Below, one piece after another: positions 61,401-64,000 of a stretch of 64,000 nt of DNA. The DNA comes from Cyanophora paradoxa CCMP329. Taxonomy: Eukaryota; Plantae; Glaucophyta. The notes under the pieces were generated by a model. That model saw only the letters and a program-made list of their open reading frames with translations, was not told where the DNA came from and did not search any database. The stretch is taken from positions 62,001-126,000 of the forward strand of contig QPMI01000207.1 of the NCBI GenBank assembly GCA_004431415.1, given 5' to 3'. Made by a program: the position numbers and the translations under genes. How positions within the stretch are numbered: the stretch's first letter is position 1; each line of letters opens with the position of its first letter.

Positions 61401-64000
61401 GCTCGCACCTCGGGGACGGCGACGACATCACCGCCGTCACATTCAACGGCGTCGGCGCCAAGATCCTCCTCCAGTCCGCCACCAAGATCGTCGTCGAGGT
61501 CCCCGCCGCCGACGGCCCCGGCACCACCGACATCAGCGTCACCTCCTCGGCCTACGGGCAGACCAGCGCCAAGGACGCCTACCGCTACGTTCAGAGTGCG
61601 CCCCCGCCCGCTTTGGGGCGCCCGCCGCGGCCGACGCGCGGGCGCAGAGGGGACGATCAAGGGGATCGTGCCGGACGAGGGCCCGCTCGAGGGCGGCAAC
61701 TCGGTGACCATCACGGGGGCGTACCTCGCGGCGCCCAGTGGCGACATCGTCACGTGCCGCATCGGCTCGCAGCTCGGCAAGGTGACGGACGCGAGCGCGA
61801 GCCACGTGGTGTGCGTGGTGCCGGAGGGCCCGCGCCCCGGCCTCGTGGACGTCGAGGTCGCCAGCCTCCTCTCCGGCCTCGTCCTCGCGGAGGACGCCTA
61901 CACGTACCTCGCCCCGCCGCCCCCGCTCTCCAACATCACCGCCGTCGTCGCCGGGGCCGCCGGCGACGGCTACGTCATGAGCGCCCGCTCGGCGCCCAAC
62001 GGCGTCTCCGCCGAGTACGACCTCACCGTCACCATGCCGACGCGCCACACCGTCGTCCTCGGCAAGGCCGTCGGCGCCAACGCCGGCGCGAGCGTCAAGT
62101 ACCAGTGGCAGCAGACGAACGGCGACCGCCTGCGGGTGGCGAACGTGGATAGCGCGGACCTGGCGCTCTGCGAGATGGACCCCGGCTACTACACCTTCCG
62201 CCTCAAGGTGACCGACGGCGAGGACACCGATGCCACCGTCGTCCGCCTCCGCGTCAACGGCTGGCACGGTCCGCGCCCCGCCCCGGCCCCCGGCCCCCGG
62301 CCCCGCTGAGGGTGGCGCAGAGCGGGGCGCGTCGCTGCTGGCGGCGGTGATGTCGGCGGTGACGATGGCGGTGCTCGCGTCGGCGTCGACGGCGACGCTG
62401 GTGGGGCAGAAGTTCGGGCACGTGCTCCTCCTCGTCTCCTTCGTGCAGTTCCTGGCCGCGCTCAACGGCCTCTCGGTGGAGTTCCCCGCCAACGTCGTCG
62501 CCCTCTACGACGGCCTCGCCTGGTCTATCCTCCACTTCAACTTCCCCTGGGAGGACGTCCGCCAGGGCGACATGCCCGGCCACATCTTCCGGTGCCCCGC
62601 CCCCTCCGCCCCCCGCCCCCGCCCGCCTCCTCTCACCCGCCCCGCCCCGCAGCCGCGGGCAGCCGGTGCCGGACGAGGACATGCCGTGCCCGCTGGACCA
62701 CGTCTTCCTCTGGACGCCGCAGTCCCTCGGCTGGGGCGCCGCCTTCCTCCTCCTCTCCGCCGTCGTGGGCGCCCTCGGCTCCCTCATCCTGCGCGCCGCC
62801 CTCGGGCGCGCGGCGCTGCCGGGGCGCTTCTCCGTGCAGAAGACCTTCTTCGTGACGGCCTCGCTCGTCTTCTTCGGGATCGCCCTCCACGCCTTCCGCC
62901 TGCTGCGCTTCGCCTCGCACCTGACGACGGGCGGCATCTACAAGGCCATCCTCGCCATCGCCCTCCTCGTCCTCCTCGTCTTCTACCTCCTCTGGCTCTT
63001 CTCCGCCCTGCGCCGCCTCGTCACCGACTTCCGCGCCTTCACGTACCGCGCCGGCGTGCAGCCGAAGATGTTCGGCTCGGCCCTCGCCGGCGCCGCCGGC
63101 TCCCTCGACGGCTCCGCCCTCGCCCGCTCCACCGACGCGAGCGCGCGCGACTCGGAGACGCTCGGCGCGCGCGGCGGCTTCCGCCTCATGAAGTGCCACG
63201 GCGACTGGGAGGCGGCCGCCGGCGGCGAGGCGCGCCTCAAGATGTTCGGCTGGACGCTGCGCAAGTACCGCGGCGTGAAGGGGGCGTACCTCTACCACCC
63301 GCTGCTGCTCGTCAAGTTCCTCCTCATGGGCTTCGTCATCGGCATGTTCAAGGGCGCCGAGGCGGACCGCAGCGCCGGCTGGACGCAGCTCATCGTCCTC
63401 ATCGTGCTGCAGGGCGTGGAGGTGATGTTCCTGGCGATGACCATGCCGTACAACCACAACGCGATGAACATCCTCGCGGTGGGGACCTCCTCCATCGAGG
63501 CCCTCGTCCTGCTCTTCGCCGCCGGCTGCCACGCCCAGTCCTCCTTCGCCGTCTCGGGCCACCTCGGCTCCGCCCTCGTCGGCCTCGCCTTCGGCTGGTT
63601 CCTCATCCTCGCCGCCTGCGAGCTCCTCATCCACTGGTACGTGCGGGCCTGGAAGCGCCGCGAGTTCGTCCCCGCCAAGGACCCCCGCTCCATCTGGGAC
63701 GAGTTCCCCTCCGTGCGCCCCCGCCCCGCCCCCCGCCCGCCCCCCGCCCCGCCCGCCTCCGACGCCCCGGCGGCAGTACATGGGGGCGGACGGCGGGCGC
63801 ACGGCGTACGTGTCGTACACGCAGAGCCCCGCGGCGACGACGGCGGCGCGCCTGAACGCCTCGGTCCGCTCGGCGGCGTCGGGCGAGTCGCCGACGGTGT
63901 ACGGCGCCACGGCGGGGCAGCAGCGGCAGGTCTACGACGGGCCCGGCGGCGGCGGCCTCTCCCTCTCCGCGGCCTTCGCGCAGAACGCGCAGACCTCCAC
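58459..64000 (+). CDS. Large membrane protein: signal peptide, NHL repeats, multiple IPT/TIG domains, PKD-like Ig domain and TRP/FLC-like multi-pass region (3' truncated)
   Basis: Hydrophobic leader LALVALGVIVLVAGLAQA. NHL motifs A.F..P and VAD..N..IRRI. Repeated P..GP..GG..VTI.G. YQWQQ..G...PGYYTFRLKVTD. TM region starting VQFLAALNGLSVEFPA...AWS and including TQLIVLIVLQ...L....PY. Confidence 0.8.

Noticed and set aside
1-64000. Very long Arg/Pro/Ala/Gly-rich ORFs in the track (e.g. 48629-53062 +, 37682-39928 -, 46868-49270 -)
   Set aside because: They are antisense or read-through frames caused by stop-codon scarcity at very high GC. The real genes are spliced and lie in other frames or on the other strand.
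1-64000. Introner-type origin for the many similar-looking introns; also tRNA, rRNA or telomeric repeats
   Set aside because: Introns share only low-complexity composition, with no near-identical sequences or TSDs. No structural RNA gene or telomere array was recognised by eye.

Overview
Compact, very GC-rich eukaryotic nuclear DNA with about 16 genes, split by many short (mostly ~50-80 nt) spliceosomal introns. Most long ORFs in the supplied track are GC-rich reading-frame artefacts, so I spliced the genes by hand. The organism is a flagellated, plastid-bearing alga: it has CEP162 and BROMI, plus SQD2 and a Tic22 domain. Phe-containing 'xxAF' N-termini tentatively suggest a glaucophyte such as Cyanophora (inference only). 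Genes in order: CEP162-like (+), acylaminoacyl peptidase (-), receiver-like/zinc-finger/Nudix (+), EEVS-type sedoheptulose-7-phosphate cyclase (+), ING PHD protein (+), TFIIA large subunit (+), a doubly interrupted ankyrin-SET gene (-), P5B ATPase (+), SQD2 (-), BROMI/TBC1D32 (+), a small orphan (+), GH15 (+), Tic22-ARM fusion (+), Nup205 (-), and an NHL/IPT/PKD-like/TRP-like membrane protein (+, truncated by the window). Main findings: (1) an unusual splicing code, with roughly a third to a half of donors being GC in the two genes counted, G-rich acceptors, and a C/G skew carried into exon synonymous codons; (2) a candidate 2-nt microexon; (3) a 5.76-kb CAC-terminal, 3-bp-TSD non-autonomous transposon packed with satellites inside the SET gene; (4) a Tic22 domain fused to an ARM-like/coiled-coil body; (5) a vertebrate-like gadusol EEVS with a putative plastid transit peptide; (6) a GH15 apparently lacking its catalytic glutamates. 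Several genes need single-base corrections in G/C runs, which are probably assembly errors. Family assignments rest on recalled motifs, not database searches.
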